Shown here one piece after another: positions 14,209-21,921 of a stretch of DNA of 39,305 nt (its first letter is position 1; each line of letters begins with the position of its first letter). The notes below the pieces were generated by a model. The model was not told the DNA's origin. It was given only the letters and a program-made list of their open reading frames with translations, and ran no database searches. This stretch comes from a virus. The position numbers and the translations under genes are program-made. The DNA lies in IMG/VR virus record IMGVR_UViG_3300045988_122505, positions 1 to 39,305 of that record; one strand, given 5' to 3'.

Positions 14209-15789
14209 TCACGCCTTCGAGCGGCCGAGCGCGGATAGGCGGCCGCCGATGTTCCACCAGCGGCCCGTCAGGTCCCAGTGCAGGTCCGCGCGGAACGCGC
14301 CGCAGTGCGAGCCATCCCAGAGAGAGCCGAACCGGCGCACCTGCCGGAGTCCCTGCGTCTGGACTGGGTTGGCGCAGACGGCGTCGGTGAGGCCGGTGCT
14401 GGAGGTGGCGCCGAGGCCGGTGGGCAGGAACACGCGTCCGTCGACGACGTTGAAGTCCTCGGCGAAGCGGGAGCTCGCATCGTTGGTCTTGTCGCGGGTC
14501 GGGAACTCGCCGACGAGCGCGTAATTGTCGGTGCTGGTCTTGGATGCCTTGACGATGTCGTGCACGAGGTAGAGGGCCGTATGGCCGATACCGTCGGCGA
14601 CATAGGCTTTGACGATGGCGTCCGCGTCGATCTCGTAGATGCCGTTGCCGCGTTCGATGCCCTGCAGGCGGACGGGCTGCCATCCGGCGTGGTCGGTCTG
14701 CGGGCGTCCGTCTCCCCTGCCGCGGATGGAGTCGGTGGCTCCGGTCTTCCATGGCATGGTGGACACGAAGGTGGCCGTGGTGGTGGTGATGGCGGCGCCG
14801 TCGATGTTGAGGGCGACGGTCGTCGCATCGATGGTGGTCTTGGATGTGACGGTGCGGGCTTCAGCCACGGAGTGGTTGGCCGCGTTGTTGCGTTCCTTGT
14901 CGGTGCCGATGTTGATGGTGGATCCGATGAGGATGCCGTCGGCGGTGTCCTTGGAGACGATGACGCGTTTGGCGTTGGATTCAGCCTTGGTGACGGCGCC
15001 CTGTGCGGTGTAGTTCTCGAAGCATCCGCCGAGCGCGGTCTCCATGTCCTTGGTGGCGAATTTCAGCATGAGCATGAGCTGGAAGTAGAAGATGTCTGGC
15101 TGGCATTGGCCGGCGTATCCCTTGCCTTTCTTCTGGGCGAGGGTGATCTGGTCGTTCTGGCAGGCGAAGCCGGCATCTATCTTCTGTCCGCTCCAGGAGC
15201 GCGGAATGCCGCCGGACAGGCTCGCACCGTATTTCGCGTAGAGCAGGCAGGGACGTTCGGTGCCGTCTGGCAGGAGCAGGCCTGGCATCGGTTCGAAGCC
15301 GTCGTACTGCTCGTCGCTGTAAAGCAATTCGATGTGGTTGTCGTCGCCGTCGACGCGGAAGTATCCGGGCGCGACCATGACGAAAACATCGCCGTTGGAT
15401 CCATCGCGGCGGAATCGGCTGTCGCCCTCGATGGCGGTGATGTGCGGCACGCCGGACTCGTCCACGGTGGCGTTCACATCACGCCACTGGAAGGCGTTGA
15501 GGTATGCGTAGTCGTCGCGTCCCGCGTTCGCTGCGGTGGACACCGTCACGGACAAGTTGGCGTTGTCGTGGGTCTTCACGCCGGTGGGGACGCGTGAGAA
15601 GGAGTAGCGCGGGAACTGCACGCCGTAGATGCGGCCGGAGCGGTGCTGCGTGTAGTATTCTCGCACGTTCGCGTATTCGTGCTTCGCGTCGTCGTAATGG
15701 AAGGTGGTGCCGTCCACGTCGGTCTCGCGCAGGGCGCGCATGACCTTCGCGAAATCGCGCAGGCGGATGAACTTGTCCGGATTTGCCAT
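14209..15789 (-). CDS. DGR target protein (526 aa) with C-terminal variable, C-type-lectin-fold-like region; probable receptor-binding/tail-fibre protein
   Basis: ATG at 15789 follows AAAGGA. The gene lies in the tail-fibre region. The VR covers residues 483-516, and the G-x-x-W-x-G-S-x-C-G-x-F-R...N-I-G-G-R pattern is typical of DGR variable proteins. Confidence 0.85.
   Translation of the reverse strand: MANPDKFIRLRDFAKVMRALRETDVDGTTFHYDDAKHEYANVREYYTQHRSGRIYGVQFPRYSFSRVPTGVKTHDNANLSVTVSTAANAGRDDYAYLNAFQWRDVNATVDESGVPHITAIEGDSRFRRDGSNGDVFVMVAPGYFRVDGDDNHIELLYSDEQYDGFEPMPGLLLPDGTERPCLLYAKYGASLSGGIPRSWSGQKIDAGFACQNDQITLAQKKGKGYAGQCQPDIFYFQLMLMLKFATKDMETALGGCFENYTAQGAVTKAESNAKRVIVSKDTADGILIGSTINIGTDKERNNAANHSVAEARTVTSKTTIDATTVALNIDGAAITTTTATFVSTMPWKTGATDSIRGRGDGRPQTDHAGWQPVRLQGIERGNGIYEIDADAIVKAYVADGIGHTALYLVHDIVKASKTSTDNYALVGEFPTRDKTNDASSRFAEDFNVVDGRVFLPTGLGATSSTGLTDAVCANPVQTQGLRQVRRFGSLWDGSHCGAFRADLHWDLTGRWWNIGGRLSALGRSKA
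14239..14340 (-). repeat. DGR variable repeat (VR), 102 bp, inside the last 44 codons of the target gene
   Basis: It encodes VRRFGSLWDGSHCGAFRADLHWDLTGRWWNIGGR. Substitutions relative to TR occur only at TR adenines. Confidence 0.92.
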
Positions 15790-15802
15790 TTTCTGTCCTT
15801 TC

Positions 15803-16204
15803 TCAGTTACGGATGGCGGCCAACGCCCAATCCACGTCGGACTGGTCGATGTCAGCCAACGGATTGCCGGTGGTGGTTGGTGTGAGGGTTGTTGGGTCGA
15901 CGGTGACGAGGTCGGCGAAGCTGACTGGATTGGCGCTGTCTGGCACGTCGAAGGTGACCCTGAAGTTGTGTGGCGATTTATCGTTGCCGACGGTAAGTTG
16001 GTATGCCCAGTCGGTGCCTGTTGGTGGTAGGTTCAGCGTGATGGCTCCATGCTGGTCGAGCGTGGTCTTGAGCGGTTCGTTGACAATGATTTTCTTGGTG
16101 CTGGTGGTGAATCGTTTGGTTGGTGTGATGATGATCGGATCGTTGGCCAGGTCGACGATGCCGTTGGCGTCGAGTTTGCCGATGTCGATTTTGACTTGTG
16201 TCAT
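15803..16204 (-). CDS. Hypothetical tail-region protein (133 aa)
   Basis: Clean ORF immediately upstream of the DGR target. Thr/Pro-rich and beta-rich in appearance. Confidence 0.55.
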   Translation of the reverse strand: MTQVKIDIGKLDANGIVDLANDPIIITPTKRFTTSTKKIIVNEPLKTTLDQHGAITLNLPPTGTDWAYQLTVGNDKSPHNFRVTFDVPDSANPVSFADLVTVDPTTLTPTTTGNPLADIDQSDVDWALAAIRN

Positions 16205-16307
16205 CTTGTCCTCCTGTCGCTAGTGTTGTGTATTGGAAAAACCCACATCGGCGAGCGCTGTGTTGGTGTTGTCGTGTTTGTGGGTTTTTCGTTGTTGGAA
16301 GGTGTTT

Positions 16308-17183
16308 GTGTTGTTGTTTGGTGTGTTTGTTGATGAGGTTTGGTGGCCATCTTGTGCTGGGTTGCGTGAGTGTACGAGGGTTGGTTATGAGAGTGCTTTG
16401 AGGTGTCATGTTTTGCCTCGGTGGGGTGGTGTTGATTTGGATTCGGTTACGGTGGCGGACATCGAATCATGGTTGGACTCCTTCGCTAAAGCCGGAGCGG
16501 CACGTAAGGCGTGGGCAGTGTTCCGCTCGATACTCCGACTCGCCTACCGGCGCGGCGTCACAGACAATGACGTGACCAGACGTGAAATCCGACTCCCCCA
16601 CTTGCGCCATTACGAGCCGCAGGTACTGACTGCGCCGGAAGTACGACGCCTGTTGAAAGGCTTCTACGGGCACCCATTGGAAGCATGGCTATTGGTGTCC
16701 GTATGCGCGGGACTGCGCCGCTGCGAGTCGGTCGGCTTGGAATGGGCCGACCTGGACTTGAAGCGAGGCACAGTCACCGTCAAACGTTCCGTACAATGGG
16801 TGGCGGGCCATGAGACCGTCACCGAACCGAAGACCGATCTGAGCCGACGAACCGTCGCATTGCCACGGTTCGCGGTCAAACGCTTGGCGGAACTACGCCA
16901 CGGCACGAAGACCGGCCGACTGGTCGGCGGTCTGAACGCGAACCAAGTGGCAAACCACTACCGCAGTTGGTGCAAGCGCATGAAACTGCCATGCGTGCCT
17001 CCACGCAACCTACGCCACACGTTCGGCACGTTGGCAATCAAGGCCGGAACCGACATCAGCGTGGTCGCGCGACAGCTCGGACACTCCGACATCCAAACCA
17101 CCGCCAGATATTATTTGAAGCCTGATCTGAGCGTCCTCAAGGACATGCAGAAAGCATGGCAGAAACTCATATTGACCTGCTGA
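16308..17183 (+). CDS. rin: Tyrosine recombinase, shufflon invertase (Rin-like), about 291 aa; start uncertain (GTG 16302/16308, TTG 16311)
   Basis: GLRRCES (Arg), LRHTFGT (H-x-x-R box) and LGHSDIQTTARYY (catalytic Tyr) are present. GGAAGG is at 16297-16302. The stop lies 5 nt before the first recombination site. It is the only plus-strand gene in the tail module. Confidence 0.8.
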   Translation: MLLFGVFVDEVWWPSCAGLRECTRVGYESALRCHVLPRWGGVDLDSVTVADIESWLDSFAKAGAARKAWAVFRSILRLAYRRGVTDNDVTRREIRLPHLRHYEPQVLTAPEVRRLLKGFYGHPLEAWLLVSVCAGLRRCESVGLEWADLDLKRGTVTVKRSVQWVAGHETVTEPKTDLSRRTVALPRFAVKRLAELRHGTKTGRLVGGLNANQVANHYRSWCKRMKLPCVPPRNLRHTFGTLAIKAGTDISVVARQLGHSDIQTTARYYLKPDLSVLKDMQKAWQKLILTC

Positions 17184-17188
17184 TAGCA

Positions 17189-17199
17189 TTCCGTAACCC
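17189..17199 (+). repeat. Shufflon recombination site a (TTCCGTAACCC)
   Basis: Exact 11-bp core preceded by TAGCA. Confidence 0.8.
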
Positions 17200-17483
17200 A
17201 GCAATGGAAGCCGCCGTATACGAACGACAACCTCACTCTGTGTCGCGTCGGTCGCATCGTCACGGTCAACGGCAACGTCAAGTTCACCGGCAGTGGACAG
17301 CAGAACTACTCGACGGCGAATGAGACCATCCCAGAAGCGTTCCGTCCGCTCGCCGACATGAGCATCATCGCGTTTCCATCCTGCGGTTTCAGCCTGCTTG
17401 TCGAGCGTGACGGGAAGGTGCAGATGCTTGGCGACCCGAAATCCGCCTACTCCACGGCGCACGGCTGTTGGATGGCGAAATAG
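17190..17483 (+). other. Silent RBP C-terminal cassette 1 (97 codons + TAG), promoterless
   Basis: It is open from the TCC-GTA-ACC (S-V-T) codons of site a: SVTQQWKPPYTNDNLTLCRVGRIVTVNGNVKFTGSGQQ...HGCWMAK. Confidence 0.75.
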
Positions 17484-17485
17484 TT

Positions 17486-17496
17486 TTCCGTAACCC
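17486..17496 (+). repeat. Shufflon recombination site b (TTCCGTAACCC)
   Basis: Exact core 2 nt after the cassette 1 stop (TAGTT). Confidence 0.8.
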
Positions 17497-17750
17497 TCCC
17501 ATTTGGCAACGGCAACGGCAACAGTAATGGCGGAATATACCCAATCGGTAAGGTATCTAGCCCAAATGCGATCAAGTCCTTGAATGGCAGAGCCACACTG
17601 TCGTCCGGAACGACAGTGGCGATTCCATTCATCCACCCGTCATACCTGCAACGTTCGGTCCAAGTATCGATTGCACCTGATGGGACAGTCAATCTGCTCG
17701 TTGGTCCTGAAATTACTGTCACAGGTGGAATCGTGGAAATCCATTTTTAA
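17487..17750 (+). other. Silent RBP C-terminal cassette 2 (87 codons + TAA)
   Basis: SVTLPFGNGNGNSNGGIYPIGKV...GGIVEIHF, in the S-V-T frame of site b. Confidence 0.75.
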
Positions 17751-17755
17751 TAGCA

Positions 17756-17766
17756 TTCCGTAACCC
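17756..17766 (+). repeat. Shufflon recombination site c (TTCCGTAACCC)
   Basis: Exact core preceded by TAATAGCA. Confidence 0.8.
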
Positions 17767-18083
17767 AGATGGATGACTGGGTTGTAATCGCGCGCCCTAG
17801 AGGCTATGACGCCTACTGCGTCGCGTCCATGATCTTCAAGCCGAACACGAACACGTCAATAGACATCAAACTGCCGATCGAAGCGGCAAACTGGGATTCA
17901 TACTCCGTCGAATTACAGTTGATGAACAACGATAAAAACAAAGTGCCGTCGTTCAACAACATCTCGATGATTACGAACAGTCATTCGGCAAAAGGATTTC
18001 AGCTTGTCGCATGGAACGCCAGCGGCACGTCGCTGAGCTATCGCATCGCCGTGACTGTCCACGTCTTCGACGCGAAGCAGTAG
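17757..18083 (+). other. Silent RBP C-terminal cassette 3 (108 codons + TAG)
   Basis: SVTQ followed by the 104-aa track ORF 17769..18083 (MDDWVVIARPRGYDAY...), in the S-V-T frame of site c. Confidence 0.75.
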
Positions 18084-18085
18084 TT

Positions 18086-18095
18086 TTCCGTACCC
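18086..18095 (+). repeat. Degenerate shufflon site d (TTCCGTA-CCC, one A missing)
   Basis: It has the same TAGTT prefix as site b but a 1-nt deletion in the core. Only a 24-codon open stretch follows. Confidence 0.55.
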
Positions 18096-18168
18096 ACAGA
18101 CGCTTATCACCTCGCGGCGGTAGCCAGAACGGCGGCTTTTTCGCCACAACGATGACCTATATCGTTGT

Positions 18169-18507
18169 CTAGACGGTCGCAACTGGAAACGATACGCTGC
18201 CAACATGCCATGTGTTTTCAGGAATGGTCGCATCATACGATGTGCGGAAGGAAACTGTGTTTCCCACTGCGTACAGAAAACGATTCTGCATCCGGTCCTC
18301 ATAGGAATTGTCTACGAACATGTTGAAGGCCTCGCAGGTGGCCTGCACGTCCATGCTTGCCAAAGCCACTCCAGTCCACGCCTTATTGCGGAAAGTCCCT
18401 TTGTTGACCCACCGGCAGTAGACGGTCGCCAAGCCATTGACGACGCATCCACTGATTGTGAATTCCGGGTCGGAGGTCAGTTTCGTGAAACGAATCGGGG
18501 TTACGGA
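18169..18507 (-). other. Silent RBP C-terminal cassette 4 (112 codons + TAG), same orientation as the expressed gene
   Basis: SVTPIRFTKLTSDPEFTISGCVVNGLATVYCRWVNKG...SFPVATV, in the S-V-T frame of site e. Confidence 0.7.
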
Positions 18508-18508
18508 A
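18498..18508 (-). repeat. Shufflon recombination site e (TTCCGTAACCC on the minus strand)
   Basis: Exact core 2 nt after the TAG of the expressed RBP gene, in direct orientation relative to site f. Confidence 0.8.
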
Positions 18509-18510
18509 AG

Positions 18511-19293
18511 CTAGCGGATTGGGTATGTGACGGTTCCGGCGCACTGTTGGCTACTGCCTGTCGAACCGAAGTTAGCAATTCGGATGACACCGTTCGCTTG
18601 AACAATCAACATTCGCGCGGTCTGACCGTTGGACACGCAGCACATGCCGTTGGCTTCAACCGGAGGCCAATACTCTCGCGGCAGAACGTACTTGCACTGT
18701 TTCGAATCCCAACTGCCAGCACCAATCGTGCCGCTGAACTTCACGAATATCAACGTTCCGGTTTTAATGACGGTGAACCCTTCGCCGTCGTACAGGGTTA
18801 CGGAATCCCACAAAGCCCCCCTCGGCGTGAACAGGCGCACCGGCGTACCGACCGTGATGCCGTCGAGCGGGATGCGCCACAACGGCATGTATGCGTCAAC
18901 CGCGCCGGACAATATCTTCCCGGACGGAACCTTCGGGTCGGCGGCGGCGGTCGCATTCGGCGAACCCTTCAACACGGTCAATTCCACATTCTCATTACCG
19001 GTCTTGGAATCTCGATGGTAATGCGCGCAGATGATGTCATTGCGTTTCATGCCCTGCGACCCGTTGGAGATCGTCACCGATTCCGCCGCCGTGATATGCC
19101 AGTCCAAGCCTTGTATCGACGCGCAGCCGGTGCCGATCGTCGCCCTGTTGGACGAACTCATAGAGCATTTGAACGCGTCGCCCCAGTCGTACACCACGTC
19201 GGACTTCGAGAACTTGGCCTGATGGATGATCGCCTTGTCCTCGCTTGAGATGTGTGCGACTCCGGCCTTGCCGTCAACCAGTTCGATGGTCAC
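18511..19293 (-). CDS. Receptor-binding/tail-fibre protein with shufflon-exchangeable C-terminus (260 aa: 163-aa constant part + 97-aa cassette)
   Basis: It lies downstream of Tal. Site f marks the junction ...RLFTPRGALWD|SVT|LYDGEGFTVIKTG... Confidence 0.8.
   Translation of the reverse strand: MTIELVDGKAGVAHISSEDKAIIHQAKFSKSDVVYDWGDAFKCSMSSSNRATIGTGCASIQGLDWHITAAESVTISNGSQGMKRNDIICAHYHRDSKTGNENVELTVLKGSPNATAAADPKVPSGKILSGAVDAYMPLWRIPLDGITVGTPVRLFTPRGALWDSVTLYDGEGFTVIKTGTLIFVKFSGTIGAGSWDSKQCKYVLPREYWPPVEANGMCCVSNGQTARMLIVQANGVIRIANFGSTGSSQQCAGTVTYPIR
18795..18805 (-). repeat. Shufflon recombination site f inside the expressed RBP gene (codons D-S-V-T)
   Basis: Exact core. The Ser codon (18804-18802) is codon 164 of the 260-aa ORF. 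Confidence 0.8.
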
Positions 19294-19541
19294 TGTTCAA
19301 CCTCCTTCAACCATGCTTCAAACGATTCGTCATCCTTCTGTATGAACGTCATGAAAGACGTATTGCATTTGGAACAAAGTTCGTAGATGTCGGGCGTCAC
19401 ATCATCCGCGATGCGGGTTGCCTTGCCAGCCGAATAGCGGCGCACGGTGAACCATTCCCGCGCCTCAGTGTCACCAGCTGCGACATAGGCGGTCTTGCCG
19501 CACTTGTCGCACACGTACTTCGAGTAACCGTCAGATTTCAC
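19290..19541 (-). CDS. Zinc-ribbon hypothetical protein (83 aa)
   Basis: CDKCG...CSKCN pairs, with 4-nt and 1-nt overlaps with neighbours. Confidence 0.55.
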   Translation of the reverse strand: MKSDGYSKYVCDKCGKTAYVAAGDTEAREWFTVRRYSAGKATRIADDVTPDIYELCSKCNTSFMTFIQKDDESFEAWLKEVEQ

Positions 19542-21100
19542 TAGCCTATCCTTTCAAACGTAAAACAGCCAAGCGAAGGCAACTGCCTCCAGGTCCCGCC
19601 GAAATCAACGGAGGGGTCAACGCCCGTCGTGTTCATCACTACATAGCCGACCGGGAACACGGCCTTCCCGGAACCGCCGTCGCCGACATGCGCGCTGATG
19701 ACACCATCCACACTCACGATCGAGGAACCGTCCACCCTCACGCCACCCAACACGTCCGTGGACGCCTCCGGCAGAGTGTAGGCGTTCGCGCCCCGTTCGA
19801 CCGAAGCGAGCTTCGACCGCTCGCCATCGGTCATCATGCCCGACTTGGTACTATCGGCCACGGTCTTGGCCGCATCGGCGACGTTCCTCGCATCCTCGGC
19901 GGTCTGATTCGCCTTGCCGATCTGCGCCGCGAAACCGGAAGCCGTCTTGTCCGCCGACTCGGCGACCTGCCTGACGGCATCCAAATCCTCGGAAGCGACC
20001 TCCGCGTTGATCGTGCCGCCTGAAATCGACAGGCCACGGCCAGCCGTCAAAGACACGCCGCCAGCCGAACCCGAAGACGAAGAGGAAGGCGAAGAACCGG
20101 AATAGTTCGCGTTCGCCGACTGCACCGGCAGTCCGACCTCGAACGTCGAAGTCAAAATCCCGGAATCGATTTTCACGATTCGCTTCGTCACCACGGCGGT
20201 GACGTTGACGCCGGAAGTCTGATCCGTCGCAACAATCTTGTCATCCACGCGCAGACCGTCGCCGACCTCATCGGACAACGTCACCTCGACCGACCCACCG
20301 GTCTGCAATTCCTGCAGATGCTTCTTCGTCTCGGATTGCAGCGTGGACAAATCCGCGTTGGAATAGTCGTATGTGGCGCATACTTCATCGGCGCCAACGA
20401 GCGTCTGCGTCTGACTCACCACGCCGGTCGCGTCGGCGAAATAATTGACCACCAGACGGTTCTTGAGCTCCTGCGAGCCAAGGCCGATGAGATGATTCGG
20501 CGCGCGACGGTTGGTTTCGGCCTTGAAATCCACCAAGTCGGAATCGATCGTGTTGTCGATGATGCCGACCGGCGTGATGCCAAGCAGGATGTGATTATCC
20601 TTGGCTTGGAAGTCGAGGCGTCTGCCGCAGGATGCGAGCAGATTGCGGAAGCCTGTGTAGGCGTCCACGTAGCGTGGATTCTGGAACATCCAATTCGACA
20701 AAGTGGAGGCATCGGAGGAATCGACGGTGAACACCGAATCCAAACCGATGCGCTTCAAGAGGTTTTTGAGGATGTCAGGCAGCTTGCCGGAGACGGTCAG
20801 GTAATCCTGATTCGCGTCCGGCTGCAATATCTTCGCCGCCAACATGCCAGTCCACGATTGGCCGATCCACGTGGCCGTGGACACGCCACCGGAAACAGTT
20901 ACACGACGGTCGATGATCCGGCCGCCCACGTCACTGCCGTCAAGCCAGAAATACCAGCCACGTTCGATTTCTGGCGCATCCGGATCGTCGATGGTCAGTT
21001 CGAAGTCGTTTTCGTCGGTGCCGCAAGCCCAATCCAACGTCACCTGCGATACGCTCGCATGTGGCGTCAGCTTGCTGTCTGCGATGATAACGTCCGCCAT
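19541..21100 (-). CDS. Tail-associated (Tal-like) minor structural protein with fibre-like C-terminus (519 aa)
   Basis: Its position after Dit is typical of Tal. It has a Ser/Gly linker and a coiled region, and ends FPVGYVVMNTTGVDPSVDFGGTWRQL, which is typical of tail-fibre tips. Confidence 0.65.
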   Translation of the reverse strand: MADVIIADSKLTPHASVSQVTLDWACGTDENDFELTIDDPDAPEIERGWYFWLDGSDVGGRIIDRRVTVSGGVSTATWIGQSWTGMLAAKILQPDANQDYLTVSGKLPDILKNLLKRIGLDSVFTVDSSDASTLSNWMFQNPRYVDAYTGFRNLLASCGRRLDFQAKDNHILLGITPVGIIDNTIDSDLVDFKAETNRRAPNHLIGLGSQELKNRLVVNYFADATGVVSQTQTLVGADEVCATYDYSNADLSTLQSETKKHLQELQTGGSVEVTLSDEVGDGLRVDDKIVATDQTSGVNVTAVVTKRIVKIDSGILTSTFEVGLPVQSANANYSGSSPSSSSSGSAGGVSLTAGRGLSISGGTINAEVASEDLDAVRQVAESADKTASGFAAQIGKANQTAEDARNVADAAKTVADSTKSGMMTDGERSKLASVERGANAYTLPEASTDVLGGVRVDGSSIVSVDGVISAHVGDGGSGKAVFPVGYVVMNTTGVDPSVDFGGTWRQLPSLGCFTFERIG

Positions 21101-21921
21101 GGCACACCTCCAGAAACGTCATACAGGGTCAAATCGATGCCATAATTGCCGGAAACCGTCAGCAGTGAATCTCCTGCCGGTATCGGCTCGAAAACATACG
21201 AGCCGCTGCCACTGCCGTTGCCACGAACGCCCTTGTCGAAAACATCCGAAACGTCGCCGTTTTCGGCTGTCAACGTTATCGTCTTCCGCAATCCAGTGGC
21301 CGACAGCGACATATGACCGCCTTCCGGCACTGTCACGTCAACCGCGTAGGTGTTGCCGCCAATCTGAAAAGACGGGTTGACGCAAGGGCCGAAAATGACC
21401 GCAGTGAACTCAGCGGCCTTGCCTGTCGGATTATGCATCGTCAAAGCGATTTTCGACGGAGCCAAATCGGTCGGCAGGTTCAGTGGAAGGTCAATCTGCG
21501 AACCGGTGCCTGCCGTCATCGGAAAGAAATGCTGCACCGGCAGCGCGCGACGCCAAACGCCATCGCAAAGGACAATCGTGTAATCGACTTGCGCGTATTC
21601 CGGCCATGGCACGAGACCGAGCAAAGAACCGACGACATAAGCTTGTTGCGCCCATTCGCCATCGACCGTCAACGTGCCAGGCCGGGCTGCCTGCACGTCA
21701 GCATCGAAGGCTGTCTGAGCGGCATCCAATATGGCTGGCGTTTTGGTGCGGACGGTCATTTTCGCCGTCGAAGCGTTCCGGCTCACCGATTTGATGCCGC
21801 GGGTGGCCAGCGTGTACGTCCATGCGTACCCGCGCATTCCCTGCAGGTCAGCCACCCACAGATCATCGGCGTTGAGGTCGATGACCGTGCCATCATGCGA
21901 CGTGTATTCAAGCTCGCGCAT
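21067..21921 (-). CDS. Distal tail protein (Dit, siphovirus tail component), 284 aa
   Basis: It lies immediately after the tape measure gene, and size and position are typical of Dit. Confidence 0.65.
   Translation of the reverse strand: MRELEYTSHDGTVIDLNADDLWVADLQGMRGYAWTYTLATRGIKSVSRNASTAKMTVRTKTPAILDAAQTAFDADVQAARPGTLTVDGEWAQQAYVVGSLLGLVPWPEYAQVDYTIVLCDGVWRRALPVQHFFPMTAGTGSQIDLPLNLPTDLAPSKIALTMHNPTGKAAEFTAVIFGPCVNPSFQIGGNTYAVDVTVPEGGHMSLSATGLRKTITLTAENGDVSDVFDKGVRGNGSGSGSYVFEPIPAGDSLLTVSGNYGIDLTLYDVSGGVPWRTLSSQTAS

Noticed and set aside
13820-14238. An Avd accessory gene in the canonical DGR positions
   Set aside because: The only ORFs here are the TR translation and a 65-aa Arg/Pro/Thr-rich frame (13816-14013) with no RBS.
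16233-16307. Upstream extension of the recombinase ORF (MEKPTSASAVLVLSCLWVF...)
   Set aside because: It overlaps a 12-bp-stem hairpin (GAAAAACCCACA/TGTGGGTTTTTC, about 16235-16290) and precedes the only RBS-like GGAAGG. The recombinase N-domain homology starts near FVDEVW.
17010-17636. 208-aa minus-strand ORF across the recombinase 3' end and cassettes 1-2 (also 17447-17722 and 17913-18302)
   Set aside because: It is antisense to the recombinase and to the in-frame shufflon cassettes. There is no RBS, and it crosses recombination sites.
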